Positions 26,221 to 38,652 of a stretch of DNA of 64,000 bases are shown here, one piece after another. Location of the stretch: contig OX597820.1 in assembly GCA_951406725.2 (NCBI GenBank), positions 19,592,001 to 19,656,000 of the forward strand, read 5' to 3'. A program made the position numbers and the translations under genes. Each line of letters starts with the position of its first letter. Positions within the stretch are counted from its first letter, which is position 1. The notes beneath the pieces were generated by a model. It was not told the origin of the DNA, did no database searches, and saw only the letters and a program-made list of their open reading frames with translations. This stretch comes from Octopus vulgaris. Taxonomy: Eukaryota.

Positions 26221-28591
26221 ATCAAAGGATTAGGATTTTGAGTTTTTAATTAGATATTTGGCTGATATTTCTAGCAAGTTAGGTGACCACATATAAGCTA
26301 CCTCTGTTTACCTTACACATAAAAAAAAACATAGGTGGCAATATGATGTGTATTACCTGTACACGAGCGAAACATCTGTTTCAAGAATTCATGCAAATTT
26401 TACAACCTATCTAAATAGAAAAATGTCAACACTAGACAAAAAAAAAAGTGTGTGTTTGTAAGGGTCAGAGAGAGTTTTAAATTGATTAAATAACCCAGGT
26501 TTGGTGGAATTGTGATATTGTATCTGACTAGCTGTCAGTTCAATATCTTTTGTTATATGGAAAGTCTAAGTTAACCTTCAAAAGGCAAAAGTTAGGACAT
26601 TAACTTGGTAAAAGTCTGGCACTGTGATAAAACGACCATTCTTACTATGACTTTACTTACAAGCACCCCATACACATATACACACAGCTGGGTGTATAAA
26701 ATCAGTGAGACTGAACTGTTCATCTCATGTATGTTTAAGTTGATTTTGTATCGTCTGTGAATATATAATAAATACAATGGCTCATAGCAACATTGTAGTG
26801 AAAGCTCTTATTCACCTCTTTTCAAAATTATTTCTAACCAACTGTGGTTAGTAAATTGAATTGCAATACGCTTCAGAGATTTTATTTTCTTCCTAGATTC
26901 CAATTATGAAACATAGCAATAACTGCATTGCTGTAACCTGTCCAAGGCTTCACCTCACACTGGGTGCCAGTGTGCGAATTTAGATTTTAAACTATGACTC
27001 AGATTTGGCTCAATAGAACACTTGTGCAGTTCCCGTTCCACTCCACTGGTTCACACCTAACAGATCAGCAAAATGGAATCCCTATATTCCGCTCCTGTTC
27101 CCCGCCACGACCATCACTCGCCACTTAGTTTTTCTAATACTGCTGCTGTTACTGTTGTTGCAGTTATTTAAATGGCTTTGTTAATCTAATCTATCGCTGT
27201 TATCTCCTCTAAGCAGTTATTATTACCTTTGGTTTTATAATGTCTTGTTTGTTATAGTCTGCGCGAAACCCCAGTCGTTGAAAAATGAACAGCTGTGAAA
27301 CAGTGATAGGAGAGGGTTACATTGGATAAATATTTATATGAAATTATAGTTCAGCATGTGTTGACAGGCACTGTTCCTATCGATCTATCCCTCCACTGTT
27401 AGAACTGCTTGTTCAGCATAACATGTGCATATGTGTATGAGAGACGTGTGTGTGTGTGTGTGGTACTTGCCCTAAGGTTTCAAGCCTGTTCCAGAAATCG
27501 TTGCGCTGTATATTTTATAGTTTTTCAGATCAACACTGCATTTTTCAAGGAAGGAAATTTGGCCCTTACCAAAGCTGACTGGTCATTTAGATATGTTGAA
27601 AAAGCTAGCCAATCTATATGGCCCCTTTGGTCTTTCTTTGTAAAGGAGAACAATAAAGAGAATAATTACCAGATAGGGTTTTTTAAGTGCAATTTTATAG
27701 GCGTTTTTACAGCCCTTTTGAGACATTCTCCAGCTTGTATGATAGGAATTTGAGAGAAATTCACCAGGAAAAATAAAGCATAAAAACTAGGATGGACTTG
27801 CCTGAAAGAAAATCAGTCAAGTGTTTTGAAGCATATCATGTTCATGTTGAAGGACTGCTTTGTTTCCACTTAACTATTCTATTATAGTGTTAGATGATTT
27901 GGAGTAGTATTGCCATAAAACTTCTGTATACTATGTGTGTTTATACTAATGATTTTAGTCAGCCATACTGGTTTCAAACTTGTTTTGTTCTCCCTCTTTC
28001 TCTGTGTTTTGATAATAATTTTATTGTTTCTTATAGTTTAGTAAACTCTCCAATCCATCATGCTCGCCCTTTCATTATTCATGTCACTAAGTTCCCTTTA
28101 CCAATCTACTTGATTGATAATAAACAGTATTATATTCTCCCCTGTTCACCTGGCCAATGGTTGTGATGGTAGTAAGCTGTGAAAACTGTGAGTATATAAA
28201 GAGTTCAAAAGTGAAATAAATTGGTTTGCTGCGAGAAACAAGACAAGTCCAATGTTTTGAATAACACCTTTCATCGTCAGAATTGCTCTTAGAATTACTG
28301 ATTTTGCAGTTCTGTTTTTACTTAGCCCTTGATACCAAACCACCTGAGACCCTGTCAGGTTTTAAGATACACACTTCCTGCTTTAACACTCAACCATTTA
28401 AAATGGTCATATCCAGCCCAAAATCTTCTCCGTTTTGTGTTCAAACTGGCCAAATCCAACCTCTCACACCTATGCTACAATGTCATTTTAAGAATTAATC
28501 ACATCATCATCATCTTGAAGCTTTGAGATAATGCATGATTTATTCAAATGAATGTGAATAAATAAATTTCATTTGACAGTTTCTGAATGCT

Positions 28592-28998
28592 AGGCGCAGG
28601 AATGGCTGTGTGGGAAGTAGCTTGCTTACCAACCACATGGTTCCGGGTTCGGTCCCACTGTGTGGCACTTTGGGCAAGTGTCTTCTACTATAGCCTCGGG
28701 TCAACCAAAGCCTTGTGAGTGGATTTGGTAGACGGAAACTGAAAGAAGCCTGTCGTATATATACATATGTGTGTGTGTGTGTGTGTTTATGTGTCTATGT
28801 TTGTCCCCACAACATCGCTTGACAACCGATGCTAGTGTGTTTACATCCCCGTAACTTAGCGGTTCGGCAAAAGGACCAATAGAATAAGTACTAGGCTTAC
28901 AATGAGTAAGTCCTGGTGTCGATTTGCTCGACTAAAGGTGGTGCTCCAGCATGGCCGCAGTCAAATGATTGAAATAAGTAAAAGAGTAAAAAGAGGGA
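28592..28998 (+). mobile_element. SINE family A inserted in the terminal repeat of a piggyBac-like MITE
   Basis: MITE end tctgaatgcta | SINE | gctaaagggttg; gcta duplicated. Confidence 0.9.
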
Positions 28999-29989
28999 GC
29001 TAAAGGGTTGAAATGGTCTAAATTTTTAAAACCTTACATCAAAATTTCTTGTCAATGCTTTTGCTAAGTATCTTCTTCAAAATTATTTCACTAAATTCTT
29101 CATCATTTTCAAAATTAATTAATGTAAAGTTAGCCAATTTTAATTGAAATACGGTAACAAAAAGATTAAGATACTAACAACAGACACTCCATTGATTACG
29201 ATGGTGAGGGTCAGAACAGGCTGCTCAGGGAGATTTGGGTTGACACAGAATGTAACAAGGGTAGACCTTTGAAATACAGGTACAGATGACAAAATCACAG
29301 TTGTGGCTGATACCGGTGTCATGCAAATGGCACCCTTGCCAGTGGCAATTAAAAGCACCCGTTATACTTGGAGTGGTTGTTGGTGTTAGGAATGGCATCC
29401 AGCTGCAGAAGACCATGCCAAATTAGACTAGAGTCTGGTGCAGCCTTCCAGCCCCAGTCAAATCATCCAACCCATGAACAGTGGACGTTAAATGATGATG
29501 ATTATGATGGGTGGACTGGAGCAACATGAAATAAAGGGTCTTGCTGAAGGACACAACATGCTGCTGGGAATTGAACTCATGACCATATGATTGTGAACCG
29601 AATACCCCTAACCACTAAACAACATGCCTTCACAATTAAGATACTACAGGACTTAGTGGAGAGGGTTGAGGCTTATAACTTGTGATTAATTTACATCTAG
29701 TTTGATCACCCCCCTCACATCTGGTCAAATTTCACTCCATCAAATACTGATGGCATGAAAAAATATAAAAAAATAACCTTTTACACATCGTAAAGTGTTT
29801 GGCATCAGGAAAGGTACCCAGCCAAAGCAGATATTGAAGCACAATAATACTCTCCTTGGGTCCACTGGATCCTGTCATAACATCCAACTCCTGCCAGCAT
29901 GGAGCATGAACATTAAATGATGATGGTCAGTCAGTGAAATATACATTAATAATATACAGGTCTTTAGTCTACTCTCCAGGTTTCCTTAA

Positions 29990-30603
29990 CCTTTTAGCAC
30001 TCAAACTAGTCATATCCAGTCCGAATATTCTACTTGGTTAGCTCTGGCCTCTCACACCTGTTCTACAATGTCATTTTAAAATTAAACATTCACATCAAAA
30101 TCTCGAAGCTATGAGATAATGCTTGATTTATTAAAAATACTGTGAATAAATATGGAGGCGCAATGGACCAGTGGTTAGGTCAGCAAACTTGTGGTTGTAG
30201 GATCGCAGTTTCGATTCCCAGACCGGGCGTTTTGAGTGTTTATTGAGCGAAAACACCTAAAGCTCCACGAGGCTCCTGCAAGGGGTGGTGGCAGTCCCTA
30301 CTGCATTCTTTCGCCACAACTTTCTCTCACTCTTTCTTCTGTGCAGCCAATAATATATTTAGTGGACTACAAGGCAGCAAGCTGGCAGAATCATTAGCAC
30401 ACCAGACAAACTGCTTAGCTGCAGTTCCTTACATTTTTAACTTCTTAGCTTAGCTAGCGAGGTGGCGTCATTTGAAGGCTAAAACAATGCGAAGGACATT
30501 GTGACCAGCGATGTGTAGCAACATCTGATAGCCTTGTCAGTCACGGTGATCACGGTGAATAAATAAGTATTACATTTGAGTGAATAACCTGAATATTGAA
30601 GGG
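29990..30603 (+). mobile_element. piggyBac-like MITE with TTAA flanks containing a V-SINE-like insertion (30154-30556)
   Basis: ttaa|ccttttagc...gaaggg|ttaa; SINE flanked by a gtgaataaata duplication. Confidence 0.75.
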
Positions 30604-31304
30604 TTAAATGAAAGCACTTGTATCAATTAAAAGAATTATTTGCATATCTGTTCCAGTTTTCAGCAGACCGAGTTCAAGTCTTGAAATGGATACTGATTAA
30701 AATCTTGGCTACTAATGAGTTTATTATCATTATTAAAATCTAATACTTTTAGTTGATTAAGCCAGTGTGTTTGTGTGTGAGCAAGTGGACCACACATCTG
30801 TTCGGAAAGCACCAGAGGCTGGATATTGTGTGTGAACATTGGAAATTTGATTGCAATTAGTTCACTAAATTTTAACTCAAGGCCAGCAATTTTAGAAGAA
30901 GGGGTAAGTCAATCGCATCAACCCCTAGTGTTTAACTGGTATTTTACTTAGTTGATCCTGAAAGCTGGAAGGCAAGCTCAACCTCGGCAGAATGTTAACT
31001 AAAATGTAAGGAACCGCAGCTAAGCATTTTGCCTGGTGTGCTAATGATTCTGCCAGCTTGCTGCCTTGTAGTCCACTAAATATATTATTGGCTGCACAGA
31101 AGCGCTGGTGTGTTTGAGTGGTTAAGAAATTTGCTTCCCAACCACTGGGTTCCGAGTTCAGTCCTGCTGTATAGCACCTTGAGCATATGTTTTCTACTAT
31201 AACCCAGGGCTGATCAAGGCCTTGTGGATGAATTTCATCATCATCAACATTTAATGTTTGTTTTCCATGCTGGCATGGGTTGGACAGCTTGACAGAAACT
31301 AGCA

Positions 31305-31532
31305 GAGCTGGCAAAATCCTTAGCACGCGAGGCAAAATGCTTAATTGTATTTCACCTGCCGCTATGTTCTGAGTTCAAATTCTGCCGAGGTTGACTTTGC
31401 TTTTCATCCTTTTGGGGTCAATTAAATAAGTACCAGTTATGCACTGGAGTCGATATAATCGACTTAATCCGTTTGTCTGTCCTTGTTTGTCCCCTCTGTG
31501 TGTAGCCCCTTGTGGGCAGTAATGAAATAAGA
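31305..31532 (+). mobile_element. SINE family B
   Basis: Consensus match; inserted in a family C copy. Confidence 0.85.
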
Positions 31533-31869
31533 AACTGGACCAGATTCCATAAGCTGTTTTGGTTTGGTTTTTACAGCTGGATGCCCTTCCTAATGCCAAC
31601 CACTTGACAGAGTGTATTGGATGCTTTTTATGTGGTACCTCAGTTTTAGGATCTCAGTTCTGCTGTGGTGGGTGGGTTGAGTCTTCTTGCGTATAGCAAT
31701 TTGGTGGATGGAAACTGAAAGAAGCCCATCAAATATATGTATGTTTGTGTCACCTTGTCTTGATATTGCTTGATGTTGTAAATAAGTGCTACTGTCATGT
31801 CATTCATTTCTAATCTTCTATGAAAACACATCTAGCCAGAGGGGAAATATTACCTTACTTGGAAACATA

Positions 31870-32460
31870 AGGCTTTGAGCAGCTCCGTCGCGTGGTTTTT
31901 AGAAGCCCCCTGCAACTTTTTGTTTCAAGGCCCCATCCCTTCAATCAAAATTCATAATCTACACGCCTTTTATTCATAGCTATATTTTACTTTATTCTAA
32001 CTGAAGTTCAATATTTCACATTATCCTAAAGAACATCTTTAAAAGTACAAGAAGTTAAATTTATTTAGGTCTATTACAAATTTCAATGAGTAAAACTTCC
32101 AGATATGAAAAAAGGAGCACTTTTATAATCCAGGCAAGTTTGAAAGAGAAACATGGCACACCTTTAACTTTATGAAATCATCAATCTGTTCAGAATAATC
32201 AAGCTAAGGGCTAAGTTCATGTTCAATAGATATCATAAACAATCCACAAAGTTTGGTACACATTTGTGGTACAATGTGATATTTTTACAAGAACTTTTGC
32301 AGGTACAATATATTACCGTTTTATTTCTTGAAATTTTCAGTTAACATAGATTGTTCAATTCTTGTTCAATATCTTAACCAAAGTAAATAGGTGACTCATC
32401 TATATACTTAGATCTTAACATGGGGTCCCTCAACCGCAGAGGCTCCCTGCATCTGCCCTA
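31870..32460 (-). mobile_element. hAT (Tip100/ZMYM-like) DNA transposon remnant inserted in a SINE
   Basis: Minus strand 32254-32156 translates KLCGLFMISIEHELSP*LDYSEQIDDFIKLKVC, resembling the hAT C-terminal dimerisation region (RLxxLxxxSIExE...LDYxxIIDDF). Confidence 0.7.
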
Positions 32461-33301
32461 GGTTTGAGAAATAGGAAGGGCATCTTGCCATGGAAGAAAA
32501 TCTGCCTTTACCAATTCTGTCCAACTCGTGCAAGGATGGAAAAAAAATAGACATTCAAACAATGATGATGACACTAGAGATTTGATTACAACTAGAAAAT
32601 TCTCTCCATCGAAGCTGTTCCTTAATATTCTAATGTATGACGAACATTTAACAATGATGGCATCATCTAACAAACCAGCTCAATATGTTGAACAGACCAA
32701 AACCTCTGCAATATTAATCATAAAACCGTTGACAGCCGAGCAGCCCCCGTCTCCCGCTCTGCCAACACTTTCCAATGCAGCTCTTCAATTGGTTGTTGTC
32801 ATAAATTCAATGATACATAGCAAGTTAACTCAAAATAATTAATGCCAATTATATTCACCGTTGATCCAACAGTTAACATCTCCTTTGCATATGAAAAGTT
32901 TTGTGGAGGGGGGGGGCAGCGTTGTGTGTGTGTGTGTGTGTGTGGTGGTGGTGGGGGTGATGTTTGAGGAGCTGATAACAATAACTGGAATGAATCACCT
33001 GATAACAATTGGATTTTTCATAGAATCAATAGATTGCCAGCCGCAAATGACAATAGATCCTAACAGGACAGACAAAATACCTAACAGGCGGCTTATAAAC
33101 CAAATATAGATGGAAACAGTTGCATTTAGAAAACCACTACTTCTCTGTGTTTTTCTCTCTCTCTCTCTCTCTCTCTGAGTAAACACACACACACATACAC
33201 ACATGCAATTGTTTGAAATTATAAAAACAAAACAAAAAAAAGTCTATTTTGTTAGTATAGATACTGCAGTGGTAGATTGGTTGGCAGAATTGTTAGAATG
33301 T

Positions 33302-33660
33302 GGCGGCAAGCTGGCTGAAACATTGGCACGCTGGGCGAAATGCTTAGCGGTATTTTGTCTGCTGTTACGTTCTGAGTTCGAATTCCGCCGAGGTCGACTT
33401 TGCCTTTCGATTAAATAAGTACCAGATGTAATCGACTTAATCCGTTTGTCTGTCCTTGTTTGTCCTCTCTGTGTTTAGCCCCTTGTAGGTAGTAAAGAAG
33501 TAGGTATTTCGCCTGCCGCTACGTTCTGAATTCAAATTCCGCCGAGGTCGACTTTTCCTTTCATCTTTCTGGGGTGGATTAAATAAGTACCAGTTATGCA
33601 CTGGGGTCGATATAATCGACTTAATCCGTTTGTCTCCTCTGTGTGTAGTAAAGAAATAAG
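33302..33660 (+). mobile_element. SINE family B tandem dimer
   Basis: Junction aaagaagtag|gtatttcg at about 33503. Confidence 0.88.
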
Positions 33661-34924
33661 AATTATTAGAATGTGAAGAGTTACTGCAAACCTTTTTTTC
33701 CTGATGCTCTGAGTTCAAATCCTTCTACGGTCAAATTTGCCTTTTCTTAACCTTTCATCCCTCCTGGGAATACGATAACTGGTACTGAGGTTGTTACAAT
33801 CAACTAAGCCCCTCCCTTCAAAACTACTTTGTACCTGCGTCAGAAACACTAACAGGACATTAAAGAGTGGAAGAGTTAACTTATAAGTTAGTTCCTAGTG
33901 TGCTTCTACTGTTTTTCCCTTTCAAATATCTTATATGTTGGAAGCATTAAGGGCACATTGTGATTTCTAAGTTCAAATCCTAAGTTATCTTTGTTGTTGT
34001 TGTTGTGACTTATTAAAGGAAACAATTGTTGTTATTGGTTTTGATACCAGTGTAAGCAATCATCATCATCATTATTATTATTATTACTATTTTGAGGAGT
34101 ATTGGAAGATTTGTGTGATATCTAAGGAGAAGGCTGCATTTCAAACACTTGAATTTATTGGTTGTTTAGAAAATGAAATTTTAATTTATAATGGCTCTCT
34201 TAACTCTTACGAGATGATAGGACCCATCATTGGTCATTCCTTTTTATGCTAGAAAGAAAGAGCCAAATTACCAAATTCTTAAAAAAATATATATAATTTT
34301 CTTTGTTTATTAAAATGGGAGTTTTTTGGGATTTTTTTTCTACAGAATTCTAAATAAACTTTTTTTTTTGGAACCTTCAAGTGTGTGGCCTCGTGGTTAA
34401 GATGTTGCACTCACAATCTGACAATCATGGGTTTGATTCCCAGATCAAATAGTGCATTGTGTTCTTGGGCAAAACACTTCATTTCACATTGCTGTAGTGC
34501 TGTTTTGGGGCCAGCACGCCAAAGAATAGATCCAATGTTTCGTCTGCATGTGATAAAAGGCAACTAAAATAGTTTGAGGTAGGATTTGCACTCCGACCTT
34601 ATAAAAACCCTCACCAGCAACGACTACCCAAACATACCCATGGCTTGGAGGGTTGTTACCCGAGTGGTGCCACAGTGTCATCCACCAGGTGTAGTCGGGT
34701 ATCGCCAACAAATGGTGGATACAGCAATGTCCCCATGCTATTACTGCTTCATCTGTTTCGATCTCGGATGCATTACATATTTATCTATCTCTGTGTTTTT
34801 CGTTCCCCTGCCTTGTATTTGGTCTTTAATTCTCTGTTGGTCTTTAATTCCATTTTACTCTTGGAATATCTTTGAAATACACCCCATATTTATGGGAACT
34901 CTAGACATAAAAATTATTAAACAT

Positions 34925-35270
34925 AGGCACAGCAGTGGCTGTGTGGTAAGCTTGCTTACCAACCACACGGTTCTGGGTTCAGTCCCACTGCATGAAATCT
35001 TGGGCAAGTGTCTTCTACTATATCCTTGGGCCGACCAAAGCCTCGTGAGTGGATTTTGTTGATCGAAACTAAAAGAAGCTTGTATATAGGTGTGTGTGTG
35101 TGTATGTATATGTTAGTGTGTCACTTGACAACCAATGTTGGTGTGTTTACGTCCCCGTAAATTAACAGTTTGGCAAAAGGGACTGACAGAATACGTCCTG
35201 GGGTCAATTTGTTCGACTGAAGGTGGTGTTCCAGCATGGCCACAGTCAAACTGACTGAAACAAATATGAG
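34925..35270 (+). mobile_element. SINE family A
   Basis: Consensus match. Confidence 0.88.
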
Positions 35271-36150
35271 AAAACAACTTTATTCATTTTATTCTTCTTC
35301 TTTTACAAGATATGTTTGCTGATTTTGTTTCTACCAAAACCAAGTTCTCACACATATTCCTGTTAAGTCTTGTTTCTCATAGCCTCATCTTGTTATCTAT
35401 AGAGACCAGGCTTTCCTCACTTTACTGAATAAAGTGCATTTACAACAAAATTACAAAGAACGGAGCAGATGTTGCTCTGTGGTAAGAAGCTTGTTTCCAA
35501 TCACATGGTTCCAGGTTCAGTCCCACTTCTTGGCACCTTGGACAAATGTCTTCTACTATTATAGCCTTGGGCCAACCAAACCATAAGGATTAGAGTGTTG
35601 CACACACTATCATGAGATCATTGTTTCAGTTCCTGGATTGGGTGGTGCATTGAGTTCTTGAGCAGAACACTTCAGCTCATCACTTCAACACTTGGTACAG
35701 GGTACACCATGCACCTGTTGAAGTAACTTCAATTTGATGGAGGAAGTGAACTAATGTACATCTCATACATTTGATCACTATAAATAGATCCTTTGAGCAG
35801 GTTCAGCTAAAGACTGAGGAACCATCTTTCTTAAGACTACAAGAGACGGTTTGTGTGTTGTGTTCTGTTGGAAGTGATGACAATGCGCTCCAACCACTAC
35901 TGTGTCACTTCACCTGTCATCAGAGCCCCACAGTCAGCAGTTAATTAAATAGACCCAGTTTATGACTGGTACTTTATTTCATTTGCCCCTGTAGAATGAA
36001 AAGCAAGGCAAAGCAAATTCAATGCAAGCCAGAGCAAACATCACAAGATCTTATGGACCCTTATGGATCTTCACTGGTACCTAATTTTATCGACACCAGT
36101 AGGTTGAGAAAGAAAGCAAATTTGACCCAAATAAGTTTCATTACATATCA

Positions 36151-36555
36151 AGCGCAGGAGTGGCTGTGTGATAAGTAGCTTGTTTACCAACCACATGGTT
36201 CCTGGTTCAGTCCCACTGCGTGGCACCTTGGGCAAGTGTCTTCTACTATAGCCTCGGGCCAACCAAAGCCTTGTGAGTGGATTTGGTAGACGGAAACTGA
36301 AAGAAGCCCGTCGTATATATGTATATATATATATATATGCGTGTGTGTGTCTGTGTTTGTTCCCCTAGCATTGCTTGACAACCGATGCTGGTGTGTTTAT
36401 GTCCCCGTTACTTAGTGGTTCAGCAAAAGAGACCGATAGAATAAGTACTGGGCTTACAAAAGAATAAGTCCCGGGGTCGAGTTGCTTGATTAAAGGCGGT
36501 GCTCCAGCATGACCGCAGTCAAATGACTGAAACAACTAAAAGAGTAAAAGAGAGT
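36151..36555 (+). mobile_element. SINE family A, full length, young
   Basis: Consensus match; flanked by similar agccagagcaaa sequence (36028 and 36557). Confidence 0.95.
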
Positions 36556-36748
36556 AAGCCAGAGCAAAATGATTCAAGATCTTGTGGACCCAGAACTTGA
36601 TTAGCGTCATTATTGGTCCCAGTAGGATGAAAAGCAGAGCCATGTTGACCCCAAGCGAGATTCAGAAATTAACAAGCCAGACCAAAATAATACAAGGCCT
36701 TGTGCCTAAGGAAGAAATCAATATGAAGTGTAAGTCAGTGCTGCCAAG

Positions 36749-36789
<41 letters not shown>

Positions 36790-36824
36790 CAGTGCTCACT
36801 GTCATGGAGTGTGCAGCAGTAACA

Positions 36825-36886
36825 GCTGTGATTGTAGTGCAGTATTCATTAACATGGAGTGAAAGTACTGCATTCAATTTCATGGT
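36825..36886 (+). ncRNA. Candidate pre-miRNA-like hairpin
   Basis: GCUGUG-AUUG-U-AGUGCAGUAU-UCAUU [aacaugg] AGUGA-AA-GUACUGCAUU-CAAU-UU-CAUGGU; about 25 bp with several G·U pairs, unique DNA. Confidence 0.35.
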
Positions 36887-38089
36887 GCATAGAAAGTACA
36901 CCGACAGCTGTGGAGATTATAAAACACACTTGTGTGAAATATACACCACTCAAGTGTCGTATGTTGAGTTTCTGGCAAATAGAATGATTTGAATATATCT
37001 AAGAAGAATAAAAAAAAATAATTTAAAAAAAAATTTTTTTAAAAAAAACCTCTGTGGATTTTCTTTTAAAGAAATAACTGGCACCTAAGCACACACACAC
37101 ACACACACGCGCGCACACATACACTCACATTAAAAAAAAAATGGTTGCTGTGAAAATTATTCAATTTAATTCATAAACTTTTTTTAAAATTTTATTTGCT
37201 TCTTTTTTTCTATCTTTTTTTTTTTTTTTTTTTTTTACTTAGTACAATTCTCTGTGATGCTGCTGCCATAATGGTTGTACGTTCTTTTAGCTGAATTAAG
37301 ACTGTCTCAGCAGAATATTCAATAAGTAGAGATAAGAACCATGGGTGTTTTTCATTGTTAGTTCCTATGCTATTGAATGTCGTGGTATTTAATCTTATAA
37401 TTAAATCTCTTGGCATTTTCTCTCTCTCTCTCTTTTCACTTTTGAAATATAAGTGAGGTAAGATGAGAAAGCGAATTTCAATACATGTTCTCTGTGATTA
37501 AAGCTTTCCTCTGAATCCTTTTATTCAAAGGTATCTTTTTATAACAGTCTTTTCTGAAATTTATGTAACTTCTAAAATTCCGTCATTTAAGCTTAATAAG
37601 TTGTTGAATTGTGCTTGATTTATTACACTGCAGCTAGAAAGTAAAACACACCACTGAGGGAAATAGCTATGGCTTAATGCAGTTTAATTTATAATTTATT
37701 GACTAATAAATACCTATGTGATACAGAACTAGCTGGAAAGTCTTCAAACTAGATGAAATGAGTATAGGCTGTTAATCGAAGTAGAAATAAACCCGGATTA
37801 AATATAGAAATGATCGAAAATTGAAAGAAAATAAAATAAGAAAGACTGATGTTTTATTGAATGGTGGAGGAAGAATAGAGAAAAAAATATATATATTCTT
37901 TATTGAATACAAAATGGAAAATAGATATTCGAATATTGATATATTGGTAACCATAGTGAATAGATTTTTTGTTGCAGGAATAAGTTTCCAAATATTCCAT
38001 TCTGAAGAGGAACAGATAGTGGCACCTTGGGCAAGTGTCTTTTACTATAGCCCTGGGCTATAGTAGAAGACACTTGGGATGAGGAATTA

Positions 38090-38466
38090 CTCTCTTTTAC
38101 TTGTTTCAGTCATTTGACTGCGGCCATGCTGGAGCACCGCCTTTAGTCGAGCAAATCTATCTCATGACTTATTCTTTGTAAACCTAGTTCTTATTCTATC
38201 AGTCTCTCTTGCCAAACCGCTAAGTACAGGAATGTAAACACACCAGCATTGGTTGTCAAGCAATGTTGGGGGGACAAACACAGACACACACACATACACA
38301 CATACAACGGGCTTCTTTCAGTTTCGGTCCACCAAACCCACTCACAAGGCTTTGGTTGGCCCGAGGCTATAGTAGAAGACACTTGCCCATGGTGCCACAC
38401 AGTGGGACTGAACCCGGAACCATATGGTTTGTAAGCAAGCTACTTACCACACAGCCACTCCTGCAC
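38090..38466 (-). mobile_element. SINE family A, full length
   Basis: Reverse consensus match. Confidence 0.92.
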
Positions 38467-38468
38467 CG

Positions 38469-38652
38469 TTTGACAGATATTTGCCCTCATCTTGTTTAAA
38501 ATTTTCTCCAAGATATTTGCCCTCATCTTGTTTAAAATTTTCTCCAAAATTTTCTCTGATGAAGGCTGGAGAGTATGTCAGCCGAAACGTGTTAACAACA
38601 AACAAGATGAGGTCAAATATCCGTCAAATATCCGTCAAATCTAAATAATGTA
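38469..38652 (+). mobile_element. Penelope-like fold-back mini-element with a hammerhead core
   Basis: tttgacagatatttgccctcatcttgttt is inverted to aaacaagatgaggtcaaatatccgtcaaa; core CUGAUGA-A-GGCUGG...UCAGCC-GAAAC-GU-GUU at 38556-38593; 36-bp tandem duplication at 38475-38546. Confidence 0.7.

Noticed and set aside
34586-35062. 158-aa ORF in a GC-richer patch
   Set aside because: Non-ATG start, no recognisable motif, ends in SINE A; more likely a TE remnant
35305-35365. AGATATGTTTG matches the 5' end of miR-190, with weak fold-back
   Set aside because: The 3' half diverges from miR-190 and the central stem pairs poorly; an 11-mer match is plausible by chance in AT-rich DNA
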